Shown here: in pieces, positions 47,853 through 57,235 of the stretch
How positions within the stretch are numbered: position 1 is the first letter of the stretch
Layout of the letters: each line of letters opens with the position of its first letter
Source of the DNA: Desulfurellales bacterium
Lineage (GTDB): Bacteria > Campylobacterota_A > Desulfurellia > Desulfurellales > Hippeaceae
DNA: 64,000 nucleotides
Assembly (NCBI GenBank): GCA_027014115.1
Contig: JALWEJ010000089.1
Location: 8,015 to 72,014 of the forward strand
Reading direction: 5' to 3'
Notes under the pieces: generated by a model
Told to the model about the DNA's origin: nothing
The model's input: the letters and a program-made list of their open reading frames with translations, nothing else
Database searches by the model: none
Made by a program: the position numbers and the translations under genes

Positions 47853-48764
47853 GTGAGAAAAACAAAGTTTTTACTGAAGCTTTCTGTTAGCATCATTTTG
47901 CTTGCCATACTATTTTACACAACAGACATAAAAAAACTTCAAAGCACAATAACCAAAATCGGTGTGCTGAAATTTTTGCTTCTATCTGTTCTTTATATGG
48001 TATCACAGCTCATAAGCAGCATTCGGTGGCATTTTGTCATAAAAAGCTTAAAAGAAAATTTACCGTCTTTGTGGCTTTTTAAAATATACCTGATAGGCAT
48101 GTACGCAAATCTGTTTCTGCCGAGCATAATAGGCGGTGATGCCGTTAAAGCATATATCCTCTCAAGAAAAATCCCGTTCAACAAAGCAGTAAGCTCGATA
48201 TTTTCAGAAAGATACAATGGACTCTTGGCACTGCTTTTTATATCACTTACAAGCAGTTTGATATTTAGCCGTTTTTTTTCAAAAAAAATCATTGCAATTA
48301 TTGTTTTAATAAATATCTTTGCATACATATCGGTATATGCAGTGCGCTTTTTTGCAAAATACGAAAAAATAGCTGTTTTTTACAACAACATAACACTGTT
48401 TCACAAAAGCAGATACTTTTTTGTGGTGTCTGTTTTGTCGTTTTTTGTTCAGGCTTTTGTTATACTTATATACGCAGTATCCGGCAGCATGCTCGGCTTT
48501 TCGATAAACTGGGCATACTACTTTGCATTCATACCAATCATAAACCTCATTAGTTTTCTGCCTGTATCATTTAACGGAATAGGTGTTAGGGAGTTTTCGT
48601 TTGTGTTTTTCTTCTCCTTTGCTGGATTAAACAAAACAGAGGCACTATCTTTGAGTATTGAGGTATTTTTTGTAACGGTTTTCTGCAGTTTGATAGGAGG
48701 TTTGGTCTATTTCTTTGACGGATACAATTATAAAGAGGTTAGAAAAATTTATAACGGACAATAG
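47853..48764 (+). CDS. polytopic membrane protein, lysylphosphatidylglycerol-synthase-TM/flippase-like (UPF0104) family
   Basis: 303-aa ORF with about 8 TM helices. The motif context LPSIIGGDAVKAYIL is typical of this family. GTG start. Confidence 0.6.
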   Translation: MRKTKFLLKLSVSIILLAILFYTTDIKKLQSTITKIGVLKFLLLSVLYMVSQLISSIRWHFVIKSLKENLPSLWLFKIYLIGMYANLFLPSIIGGDAVKAYILSRKIPFNKAVSSIFSERYNGLLALLFISLTSSLIFSRFFSKKIIAIIVLINIFAYISVYAVRFFAKYEKIAVFYNNITLFHKSRYFFVVSVLSFFVQAFVILIYAVSGSMLGFSINWAYYFAFIPIINLISFLPVSFNGIGVREFSFVFFFSFAGLNKTEALSLSIEVFFVTVFCSLIGGLVYFFDGYNYKEVRKIYNGQ

Positions 48765-49683
48765 GCTCATTCAAAAAGGCAAACTCGGCATCGGGGTATC
48801 TGGCGGACCCGATTCTGTTTTTCTGCTTTATGCCTTAAACAGCATAAAAGAAGAGCTAAAAATAGAGCTGCATGTTCTGCACTTCAACCACAAATTGAGA
48901 AATGAGGCAGACAGCGAAGAAAATTTTGTGAGAGAACTATCTAAAAAACTTAACATACACTTTGTTTCAGACTTTTATAATATTGAAGCCTTTGCAGAAT
49001 TAAGCAGACTCTCAGTTGAAGAGGCATCAAGGATAAAACGATACGAATTTTTTGAAAAATCTGCCAAACGCTTTGACTTAAACAGTATTGCTTTGGCACA
49101 TACAAAAAACGATGTGGCTGAAACATTTTTGCTTAATATGCTGCGCGGTGCGAGTTCAAAAGGGCTTACATCGCTAAAAATAAAACGCGGCATATACATA
49201 AGGCCTGTGCTTTTTTTAAAAAAGGATGAGATAATATCATTTTTAAATGAAAACAACATACAATTCAAAACAGATAGCTCTAATTTTCAGACAAAATTCA
49301 CAAGAAATAGAATAAGGCTTAAGCTTATGAATGAGCTTAGCAAATTTAACCCAAACATAACTGAAACACTCTACAAAGAGTACACTATACTTGCGCGTGA
49401 CAATGATTATCTTGAAAATCAAGCCGAAAAATCATTCATAAAAAGCTTGACTCTATTCAATAAGCAAACAATCATACTTGATTTAAACAAGATGGACAAA
49501 CAAGAAGCCGTAAAATCAAGGGTTATATCCAAAGCTGCACAAAAACTTCTTAATACACCATACTCTATCAGTTTCGACAATATAGAAAGAATAATGACTC
49601 TAAAAAAAGGAAAAATGGTTGTTTTGAGAAAAAAACTAAAGGCATACATTCAAAACAACCGACTTATAATGGAGAAACTATGA
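48715..49683 (+). CDS. tilS: tRNA(Ile)-lysidine synthase
   Basis: PP-loop motif (GVSGGPDSVFLLYAL) and a TilS-like middle region (IALAHTKNDVAETFLLNMLRG). There is no ATG or GTG before the PP-loop, so the TTG at 48715 is the only conventional start. It overlaps the upstream gene by 50 nt. Confidence 0.85.
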   Translation: MTDTIIKRLEKFITDNRLIQKGKLGIGVSGGPDSVFLLYALNSIKEELKIELHVLHFNHKLRNEADSEENFVRELSKKLNIHFVSDFYNIEAFAELSRLSVEEASRIKRYEFFEKSAKRFDLNSIALAHTKNDVAETFLLNMLRGASSKGLTSLKIKRGIYIRPVLFLKKDEIISFLNENNIQFKTDSSNFQTKFTRNRIRLKLMNELSKFNPNITETLYKEYTILARDNDYLENQAEKSFIKSLTLFNKQTIILDLNKMDKQEAVKSRVISKAAQKLLNTPYSISFDNIERIMTLKKGKMVVLRKKLKAYIQNNRLIMEKL

Positions 49684-50483
49684 AGATAAAAGAGGCTTTA
49701 TCAATTCTAACAAAAACCTTAAAGGAATCAAATATTGCAACATACAGCATAGATGCACTGATTATATTAAAAGAATCCACGCAGAAAGATGATGTTTTTT
49801 GTCTAACAAACCCAGATTATGAGCTCTCAAAAGATGAGTCAGACAAACTGAATAGACTGCTTGAAAAGAGGGTAAAAAAATACCCTATAGCATACATACA
49901 AAATTCAAAGGAGTTCTATGGATTTGAGTTTTATATTGATGAAAATGTGCTCATACCAAGGCAGGAAACAGAGCTGCTTATTGAAGAAACACTAAATGTG
50001 GCTAAAGAATTTAAAAACCCAAAAATAATCGATGTAGGAACAGGAAGCGGCTGTATAGCCATAACACTCTCAAAGCTTCTGAATATAAAAATTACTGCAA
50101 GCGATATATCAAAGAAAGCCTTGGATACAGCAAAAATAAATGCAGAAAAGCTACAGGCTGATGTGGAGTTTATCGAAGCCGATACGCTCTTATTTTTAAA
50201 AGAAAAGGTGAATATAATCGTCTCAAATCCGCCATATATTGACGAAAACGAATATAAAAACCTGCAGGAAGATGTGAAGTTTGAACCCAAAAAAGCACTG
50301 ATATGCAAAAACGGAACACAAATAATTGAAAAACTGATAAACCAGGCAAAAGATTTATGCAGATATCTGATAATCGAGATAGGCTATGATCAGGAAGAAT
50401 TTGTAAAAACATACAAAAGCTTGCTCTATCTCAAAAAAGATTTTGCAGGCCTGCCGAGAGTAGCTGTTTTTAGGTTTGGCTAA
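49680..50483 (+). CDS. prmC: release factor glutamine methyltransferase
   Basis: 267-aa ORF (VLIPRQETELLIE, DVGTGSGCIAI, IIVSNPPYI). An ATGA overlap joins it to tilS. Confidence 0.9.
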   Translation: MKIKEALSILTKTLKESNIATYSIDALIILKESTQKDDVFCLTNPDYELSKDESDKLNRLLEKRVKKYPIAYIQNSKEFYGFEFYIDENVLIPRQETELLIEETLNVAKEFKNPKIIDVGTGSGCIAITLSKLLNIKITASDISKKALDTAKINAEKLQADVEFIEADTLLFLKEKVNIIVSNPPYIDENEYKNLQEDVKFEPKKALICKNGTQIIEKLINQAKDLCRYLIIEIGYDQEEFVKTYKSLLYLKKDFAGLPRVAVFRFG

Positions 50484-51274
50484 ATATCACAAGCTCTGTC
50501 TATTCTGTTGATGTATAGCGCTCTTCCGCTTTTTGAATCTATTTTTACAACACAACCATTTATTTTAAGATTTTTTTTGCAAACCTTCAGACGTTTGGGT
50601 ATATACGTCAAAAATCTACTCAAAGCTTCATCTTTATTAAACCCAAGCACACCGTCATGACAGCCTGTCATTCCAGCATCCGTTATGTATGCTGTGCCTT
50701 CGGGTAAAATTCTGTTATCCGCAGTTTGCACATGTGTGTGCGTCCCCAAAACAGCACTCACCTTACCGTCAAAATACCAACCGAACGCCTGTTTTTCACT
50801 TGTTGCCTCAGCATGGAAATCCACAATCTTTACTGCTGCTTTATCCAACAATCCACTTTCAAGCAAATCCTCAACCTCGTAGAACGGATTGTCAACAGGC
50901 AGCATAAAAATCCTTCCGATAGCGTTAATCACAGCTACTTCAATACCGTTTACGCTAAAAAGTCTAAAACCCACACCGGGTGCTCTTTTGGCAAAGTTGA
51001 CAGGCCTTATAACTTTATCCATTGCCTGAATCTCGTTTATAAGTTCCTGTTTATCCCATGTGTGATTTCCAAGCGTAAAAGCATCGGCACAAGGCTCAAG
51101 TTCGGCATAAACCTTCTTGTTTATGCCGAAACCTTCTGCTGCATTTTCAATATTAACAACCGTAAAATCAATTTCATACTCACGTTTGATGTTGTCTATC
51201 TCAGACCTTAAAATCCTTCTTCCGTACCTTCCTACAACATCTCCAATAAATAAAACATTAAACTCAGTTTGCAT
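50480..51274 (-). CDS. ymdB: YmdB-like metallophosphoesterase (TIGR00282 family)
   Basis: 264-aa ORF (FIGDVVGRYGR, VVNIENAAEGFGI, GNHTWD, DFHAEATSEK, GTHTHVQTAD), downstream of rny as in Bacillus. Confidence 0.88.
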   Translation of the reverse strand: MQTEFNVLFIGDVVGRYGRRILRSEIDNIKREYEIDFTVVNIENAAEGFGINKKVYAELEPCADAFTLGNHTWDKQELINEIQAMDKVIRPVNFAKRAPGVGFRLFSVNGIEVAVINAIGRIFMLPVDNPFYEVEDLLESGLLDKAAVKIVDFHAEATSEKQAFGWYFDGKVSAVLGTHTHVQTADNRILPEGTAYITDAGMTGCHDGVLGFNKDEALSRFLTYIPKRLKVCKKNLKINGCVVKIDSKSGRALYINRIDRACDI

Positions 51275-52826
51275 ACTCTATAGCCCTATTCTCCCTGATG
51301 ACAACAACCTTAACCTGGCCGGTATATGAAACCTGATCCGATATTTCATGTGCAATATCCCTTGCCACCATCAAGCTTTGTGCATCGTCAACAAGGGTAT
51401 GCTCAACAATAATCCTCAATTCTCTTCCTGCTTGAATTGCGTATGCCTCTTTTACACCCTCTTTTTTCTTTGCAATGCCCTCAAGTTCTTCAAGTCTTTG
51501 TATATAATTCTCAAGCCTTTCTCTTCTTGCACCGGGTCTTGCAGCACTTAGCGTATCAGCAATAGAAACAAGTACGCTTTCTGCACACATAGGTTCAACC
51601 TCACCGTGGTGTGACATTATGGCATTTATGACACACTTATTTTCACCGTATTTTTTGGCAAGGTCGGCTCCTATCTTTGTATGAGAGCCCTCAAGTTCTT
51701 GGTCTACAGCCTTTCCGATATCGTGCATCAAGCCTGCTCTTTTGGCAAGCTTGATATTTAAGCCAAGTTCGCCCGCCATCATACCTGAAAGATAGGCAAC
51801 CTCTACGGAGTGAGCCAAAACATTTTGCGTATAGCTTGTCCTGTATTTCAAAAGGCCTAGATATTTAATAAGCTCTGGATGGACATTGCCTATATCGAGA
51901 TCGAATACAACTTGTTTTGCCTCTTCTGATGCTTCCTGATAAAGCTCTTCTTTCACTTTTTCAACTGTTTCTTCAATCCTTGCCGGATGTATTCTTCCAT
52001 CTTTAATTAAACGCTCAAGCGCAATCTTTGCAATTTCTCTTCTGAGCGGATTAAAACTTGAGATAACAACAACTTCCGGTGTATCATCAATAATCAAATC
52101 CGTTCCTGTTTCCTTCTCAAACGATCTTATATTTCTACCCTCTCTACCGATAATTCTGCCCTTCATTTCATCGTTCGGCAAGGTTACGGTCGATACTGTT
52201 TTTTCGGCTACATAGTTGCTTGCAATCCTTTCCATAGACATTGCAAGTATTTCTTGAGAGAGTTTCTTGGATTCTTCTTTGAGTTCTTCTTCCATTTTTT
52301 TAATTTTGTTTGCAGCCTCTCTTTTTGCTTCCTCTTCTATGGTCTTAATCAATTCTGATTTTGCCTCTTCTTTGGACATACCGCTTATTTTTTCAAGCTT
52401 AGCCTTCTCTTTTTCTACAAGTTCATCAATCTCAACAATCTTCTTCTCAAGCTCTTTTTCTATGTTTGCAATATCTTCCTGTTTTTGAGAAATCGTTTCA
52501 AGTTTGTCGTCAAGATACGACTGCTTTTTGTCAAGACTCATTTCTTTTGCTTGAAGTCTCTTTTCCCACCTCTGCATCTCTTTTTTTGATTCTTTTTCCA
52601 AATTTTCGATTTCGTTTTTAGCCTTAATCATATACTCTTTTGCTTCAATCTCTGCACTCTTCAAAATGTTGTCTTTCTCTTTGTTTGCAGATTCAACAAT
52701 ATCCTCTGCTTTTTGTTTGGCATACTCTTTCTTTTTTGCGATGAGCTGATGGTATCCGAATGCGCCCAAAGATATACCAACAGCAACAGATAACACTATC
52801 AGCAGTCCAACTATTAGCATACTCAT
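51264..52826 (-). CDS. rny: ribonuclease Y
   Basis: 520-aa ORF with an N-terminal TM helix, a K/E-rich coiled coil, a KH domain (GRIIGREGRNIR) and an HD domain (HSVEVAYLSGMMA...HDIGKA). Confidence 0.95.
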   Translation of the reverse strand: MSMLIVGLLIVLSVAVGISLGAFGYHQLIAKKKEYAKQKAEDIVESANKEKDNILKSAEIEAKEYMIKAKNEIENLEKESKKEMQRWEKRLQAKEMSLDKKQSYLDDKLETISQKQEDIANIEKELEKKIVEIDELVEKEKAKLEKISGMSKEEAKSELIKTIEEEAKREAANKIKKMEEELKEESKKLSQEILAMSMERIASNYVAEKTVSTVTLPNDEMKGRIIGREGRNIRSFEKETGTDLIIDDTPEVVVISSFNPLRREIAKIALERLIKDGRIHPARIEETVEKVKEELYQEASEEAKQVVFDLDIGNVHPELIKYLGLLKYRTSYTQNVLAHSVEVAYLSGMMAGELGLNIKLAKRAGLMHDIGKAVDQELEGSHTKIGADLAKKYGENKCVINAIMSHHGEVEPMCAESVLVSIADTLSAARPGARRERLENYIQRLEELEGIAKKKEGVKEAYAIQAGRELRIIVEHTLVDDAQSLMVARDIAHEISDQVSYTGQVKVVVIRENRAIEYAN

Positions 52827-52829
52827 CTT

Positions 52830-53369
52830 CTATCTCCTTAATTTACATCTAATATTTTTTGTCTCGGTTAATATTATATCCATAGGTATATCGTGACTCT
52901 CATTGTTTATTTTTTCAACAATACAGCAATCATAAACAACACCTATCTTTAATCCTCTAAAGCTCTCAAGAAATTTATCATAAAATCCCATACCGTATCC
53001 AATTCTGTAACCGCGCAAATCAAAAGCCAAAGCAGGAACAATAACAGTCTTAATACTGCGTTTAAAAATTCTTGTTGCTCTTGAACCAAACGGCTCTCTT
53101 ATTCCGCCATACCCCTTCAAAAACCCGTATGAGCCGTTTTTAAAAATCATTCTGCCGTTTTTTATCTTTGGAAAATAAGTATCTTTCTTTTCTAAATAGA
53201 TGTTAGGATTTATTTCGTTATTAAATGGGCAGTATGAAGCTATATTTCTATTTTTTTTAGTAAACATCAGTATTTTAGAAGATAAAATACGACTCTTGTA
53301 GAGTATACTTTTTTTATTTAAAGCACTTCGTGCAATTTTTAACCTTTTTCTTAGGCTTTCCTTATCCAT
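52830..53369 (-). CDS. 5-formyltetrahydrofolate cyclo-ligase
   Basis: 179-aa ORF (VIVPALAFDLRGYRIGYGMGFYDKFL...HDIPMD), 3 nt upstream of rny. Confidence 0.85.
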   Translation of the reverse strand: MDKESLRKRLKIARSALNKKSILYKSRILSSKILMFTKKNRNIASYCPFNNEINPNIYLEKKDTYFPKIKNGRMIFKNGSYGFLKGYGGIREPFGSRATRIFKRSIKTVIVPALAFDLRGYRIGYGMGFYDKFLESFRGLKIGVVYDCCIVEKINNESHDIPMDIILTETKNIRCKLRR

Positions 53370-53432
53370 GCTGCCCTCTTTTTATGGCGGATATATGTCA
53401 AAAACATTGCTTAATCCGTCAAATATATATTT

Positions 53433-53616
53433 AAGACCCCAGCACACCGTGTGCAGTATTTTTCCTAGAACCTAACAATGAAACGTGGGGATATCGTGTA
53501 AGGAGGCGACACATCCTTTTATCTGACAAAAGGCCCATTCACAGCACCCTACATAGCCAACCCCCCATTGTCAGGTGTTGGCTCTAAGGAAAAAAGTACA
53601 TCACGTGTGAGCCAGG
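53433..53616 (-). ncRNA. ssrS: 6S RNA candidate
   Basis: About 184 nt with no ORF. The 5' CCCUGGCUCACACGUG...UUUUUUCCUUAGAGCCAACA pairs (with bulges) with the 3' UGUUAGGUUCUAGGAAAAA...CACACGGUGUGCUGGGG, giving a long closing helix around a central unpaired region. It sits directly upstream of 5-formyl-THF cyclo-ligase, the conserved ssrS-ygfA synteny. Confidence 0.65.
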
Positions 53617-53627
53617 GCACATATTAA

Positions 53628-54380
53628 TCAAGGTCCTGGTATGTAAAGGTGTCCATACGGTCTTGTTGACTTGGGTACAACCTTTACAAACTCTTCCTTC
53701 ATGATTTTATTATAATCATTTTTAAAAATATTGCAAAACTCTTTTACATTTTCTTGTATAACTTTATAATCTTCATCTGTCGGCTTTATTGTCATAGCTT
53801 GATTCCAAAGAAGATTATCGTCAACCTCACCCCTTATAAAAATTGAACCACCATGCATACCCGTTGCCAAATAGTTGCCTGTAACAGCTTTGTTTTTATC
53901 CTTTGTCAAACCAAGCAGTATCAATGTTCCACCTGCCATATATTCACCCATGAATGCCCCTGCACAACCACCTACAACAACGGTTGGGTTCATGTCTTTG
54001 TAAGCCTTCATATGTATACAAGCCCTGTAACCCACATCTTTTTCAACAAAGATAGAACCTCCTCTCATACTGTAGGCAAGCACATCTCCTGCACTTCCGT
54101 AAACCACTATTCTACCGCCGTTCATAGTATTTCCCAAACCGTCTTGAGCATCATCGTGAACAATGATTTTTGGACCGTTCATAAATGCTCCCAAATCATT
54201 TCCGGGAACACCGTGTATTGTCAATGTAACATCGGGATCTGACAAACCTGTACCTATATAGTATTGACCACATACATTTTCTATAACCAAATCTTTGTTA
54301 TGGTTTTTTATGGCACTTCTAATTGTTTCGTTCAATGCTCTATAATAAACATTCTTTGCATCTATTTCATACATATGCAA
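53628..54380 (-). CDS. glutamate synthase GXGXG-domain subunit (GltB C-terminal domain-like)
   Basis: 250-aa ORF with repeated beta-helix G-x-G motifs (HGVPGNDLGAFMNG, GNTMNGGRIVVYGSAGDVLAYSMRGGSIFV, GMHGGSIFIRG). Confidence 0.85.
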   Translation of the reverse strand: MHMYEIDAKNVYYRALNETIRSAIKNHNKDLVIENVCGQYYIGTGLSDPDVTLTIHGVPGNDLGAFMNGPKIIVHDDAQDGLGNTMNGGRIVVYGSAGDVLAYSMRGGSIFVEKDVGYRACIHMKAYKDMNPTVVVGGCAGAFMGEYMAGGTLILLGLTKDKNKAVTGNYLATGMHGGSIFIRGEVDDNLLWNQAMTIKPTDEDYKVIQENVKEFCNIFKNDYNKIMKEEFVKVVPKSTRPYGHLYIPGP

Positions 54381-54387
54381 CTCCTTA

Positions 54388-55515
54388 TTAAACCAAAGTT
54401 CCGTATATTTTCTTGTATCCCTCTTCGGTCAAGTTTACAACTACAGGTTCTCCGGCTTTTGGCATCCATATCTCATCCAAATCCTTTGCTATATATTTTA
54501 TAGCTGATTCTTCACTTGCCATAAATACCGTATTACCTTTCTTTGCGGCAACAAGAGGCCTTAATTTAATCCTGTCGTTCAACCCGAACATACCGCCTCT
54601 ATAACCGACAATAATTGAAAAAGGACCATTAAGCAGCGCTCCTCCATAGGTCATCCTCAAAGCCGTGTACAATTCCTTTTCTTTTTTGCCCATTTTTTCT
54701 ATCTCTTCCCATAAAGGCGGCGAAAATATTTTTCCGACCATATCAAAAGACAAGCCGTGCTTTCTTGATATCAAATCCAAAAGATATGCAACAACCTCAG
54801 TATCTGTTTTTTGAGTACATTTATATCCATACATCTCAAGATATCTTTTGTTTGCACCGTATGAAGAAATTTCACCGTTATGCACAACTGTCCAATACAG
54901 CAAAGAGAATGGATGAGCACCACCCCACCAGCCAGGTGTATTTGTGGGAAAACGATTATGTGCTGTCCAACAGCATGCTTTATATTCATCTATCCTAAAA
55001 AAGTTGGCAATCTCATCGGGAAATCCGACACCTTTGAAAACCCCCATATTTTTTCCACTTGAAACAACATAGGCTCCGTCTATTTTTTCGTTAATATGCA
55101 TAACAAGCTTGACTATAAATTCATCTTCCTCTTCTTTTCTAAACTCTTCACTTTCTGCTTTTGTGCTCTGCTCTCTCGGCTCTACAAAATATACAAAAAA
55201 TATAGGTCTTTTCTTTTTTATAGGTCTTGTAGGCATGCCTCCATGCTGCTCTATGTGCAATTTTCTATCAAGATATTCTTCTGTGATTTTTCTTGCATGT
55301 TCATCATCATACATGATATGCAAAGCATAAAATTCCTTAAAATCGGGATAGATACCATAGGCTGCAAATCCGGCTCCAAGACCATTACCCCTATCTTTCA
55401 TTAATGTAATAGAGTCTGCTATATCTATACCGGAAACAAGCGAACCGTCTCTATTTATAAAACCGGCTATACCACATCCGGATATATCTTTTGTTAATTC
55501 CATAGTCTCTCCCAT
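54388..55515 (-). CDS. class II (Ntn) glutamine amidotransferase subunit of the split glutamate synthase
   Basis: 375-aa ORF. The catalytic-type CGIAGF motif is preceded by 13 residues, and HNRFPTNT and [14 protein letters not shown] follow. Confidence 0.85.
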   Translation of the reverse strand: MGETMELTKDISGCGIAGFINRDGSLVSGIDIADSITLMKDRGNGLGAGFAAYGIYPDFKEFYALHIMYDDEHARKITEEYLDRKLHIEQHGGMPTRPIKKKRPIFFVYFVEPREQSTKAESEEFRKEEEDEFIVKLVMHINEKIDGAYVVSSGKNMGVFKGVGFPDEIANFFRIDEYKACCWTAHNRFPTNTPGWWGGAHPFSLLYWTVVHNGEISSYGANKRYLEMYGYKCTQKTDTEVVAYLLDLISRKHGLSFDMVGKIFSPPLWEEIEKMGKKEKELYTALRMTYGGALLNGPFSIIVGYRGGMFGLNDRIKLRPLVAAKKGNTVFMASEESAIKYIAKDLDEIWMPKAGEPVVVNLTEEGYKKIYGTLV

Positions 55516-55516
55516 T

Positions 55517-56773
55517 TTACTTTATTTTTCTATCTAACCTTAAAACTCTAAAGGCTTTATTGAAGTATTTCCAACCAAAATCACTGTTTAAAAATGTATC
55601 TTTTATCCAAGATACATCAAACCTGTTCTGTATCATCCAATTAAACATGCCGGCTTTTTCTATATTCCCAACAAGTATAGCTCCTATAAGCTTATCATCA
55701 TGTATCAAGAATTTACGATATTCACCGTCTTTTTTAATCTTCAAAACTTCAAACTCGTCAGAATCCACAATGCCCATAGATATGAAACTAATATTTCCTA
55801 TGGTAATGGAGTTTGTTGGAAAACCGCCTTTATACTTTACATTGGAATCAATTATATTTAAACCTGCAACCCTACCTTGCCTTGCAGCAAGCGGCAAAAT
55901 AGGTATAGGTCTTTTTTGCGATATAACAATATCATAAGCCTCAACAACATCCCCTGCTGCAAAGATGGTATCTATATTTGTCTGCATATAATCATTGACT
56001 ATTATACCTTTATTAACTTCTATGTCTGAGTCTGCAACAAAATCAAGGTTAGGTCTTACACCAACGGCAACAATCACGCTATTAGCCTTAATTGTTTTTC
56101 CGCTTGATAAGACAACCTCTTTTACCCTTTTGTCACCTTTAAGTTCTACAACAGAGTCTTCCAGAACAAGCTTTACTCCGAGATTTTTCAGCTCTTTATG
56201 TACATAATCAGCCCCCGCATCATCCAAAACAGGAAACAGAACACGCCTCATCAACTCAACAAGAGTAACCTTAACACCCTTCTTGGCAAGCTTTTCTGCA
56301 ATTTTACTTCCGATTAAGCCACCGCCCACAACAACACAATGTTCAATGTTCGGCAAATCCGCTTTTAATTTGTCTGCAGCCTTTATATTGGTCAATGTGT
56401 GAACACCATTGAGCTCAACACCCTTCATGCTCGGCACAAACGGTTTACCGCCACATGCTATCAAAAGCTTATCATAGTCAACCTTTTCTTCATTATCCAG
56501 CTCAACATATTTGTTTTTTGGAAAAATCTTAACCGCACGCCTACCAAGCAAAGTTTTTACATTGTGTTTTTCGTAAAAATTTCTCTCCCTGTAGTAAAAT
56601 CTCTCCTCAGCCCTGCTAACATCGCCAACAACAAAATTGGGAAGTAGCGGGTGGGAATAGGCTCTTGTTTGTTCATCCGATATAACTTTTATTTCGGATA
56701 TTTTATCTTTCTCTCTTACGGCTTCAACGGCATTTATGCCTGCTACCGAATTTCCTATTATTACAATTTTCAT
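55517..56773 (-). CDS. FAD-dependent pyridine nucleotide-disulfide oxidoreductase family protein
   Basis: 418-aa ORF with two Rossmann dinucleotide motifs ([14 protein letters not shown]; [15 protein letters not shown]) and AAGDV. Confidence 0.85.
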   Translation of the reverse strand: MKIVIIGNSVAGINAVEAVREKDKISEIKVISDEQTRAYSHPLLPNFVVGDVSRAEERFYYRERNFYEKHNVKTLLGRRAVKIFPKNKYVELDNEEKVDYDKLLIACGGKPFVPSMKGVELNGVHTLTNIKAADKLKADLPNIEHCVVVGGGLIGSKIAEKLAKKGVKVTLVELMRRVLFPVLDDAGADYVHKELKNLGVKLVLEDSVVELKGDKRVKEVVLSSGKTIKANSVIVAVGVRPNLDFVADSDIEVNKGIIVNDYMQTNIDTIFAAGDVVEAYDIVISQKRPIPILPLAARQGRVAGLNIIDSNVKYKGGFPTNSITIGNISFISMGIVDSDEFEVLKIKKDGEYRKFLIHDDKLIGAILVGNIEKAGMFNWMIQNRFDVSWIKDTFLNSDFGWKYFNKAFRVLRLDRKIK

Positions 56774-56784
56774 TTTTTCCCCTT

Positions 56785-57225
56785 TTATATTTCTTCAAAC
56801 ATTAAGGCATTGTTCGGACACGCTTCAACACAAGCCGGCACGTCTCTATCGGGGCAAGAATCGCATTTTGTTGATAATCCCCAGACATCTCTTCTTGTAT
56901 CCCTTTTTATAACACCGTAAGGACAAGCCATTACACACATCCAGCAGCCCACGCACTTATCTTCGTTTACAACAACATACCCTCTATCATCTCTGTGCAT
57001 TGCACCATTTTGACAAGCCTCCATGCAGGGGGCATCATCGCAGTGTCTACACATAACAGAAAGCGAAAGAGGATAGTTAAACTCCACTCCGCACCTTGCT
57101 GTAGGCTTTTCTTCTCTTTTAAAAGCTTTTATAATATCCTTGGATTGAGAGTGCTCAACTACACATGCTACTTCACACAAATGACAATATATACAATTAT
57201 CTTCGTTTATTTTTACAATTTTCAT
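56785..57225 (-). CDS. 4Fe-4S multi-cluster ferredoxin
   Basis: 146-aa ORF with four Cys clusters (CIYCHLCEVAC; CRHCDDAPCMEAC; CVGCWMCVMACP; CDSCPDRDVPACVEAC). Confidence 0.88.
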   Translation of the reverse strand: MKIVKINEDNCIYCHLCEVACVVEHSQSKDIIKAFKREEKPTARCGVEFNYPLSLSVMCRHCDDAPCMEACQNGAMHRDDRGYVVVNEDKCVGCWMCVMACPYGVIKRDTRRDVWGLSTKCDSCPDRDVPACVEACPNNALMFEEI

Positions 57226-57235
57226 TTAAAACTCC

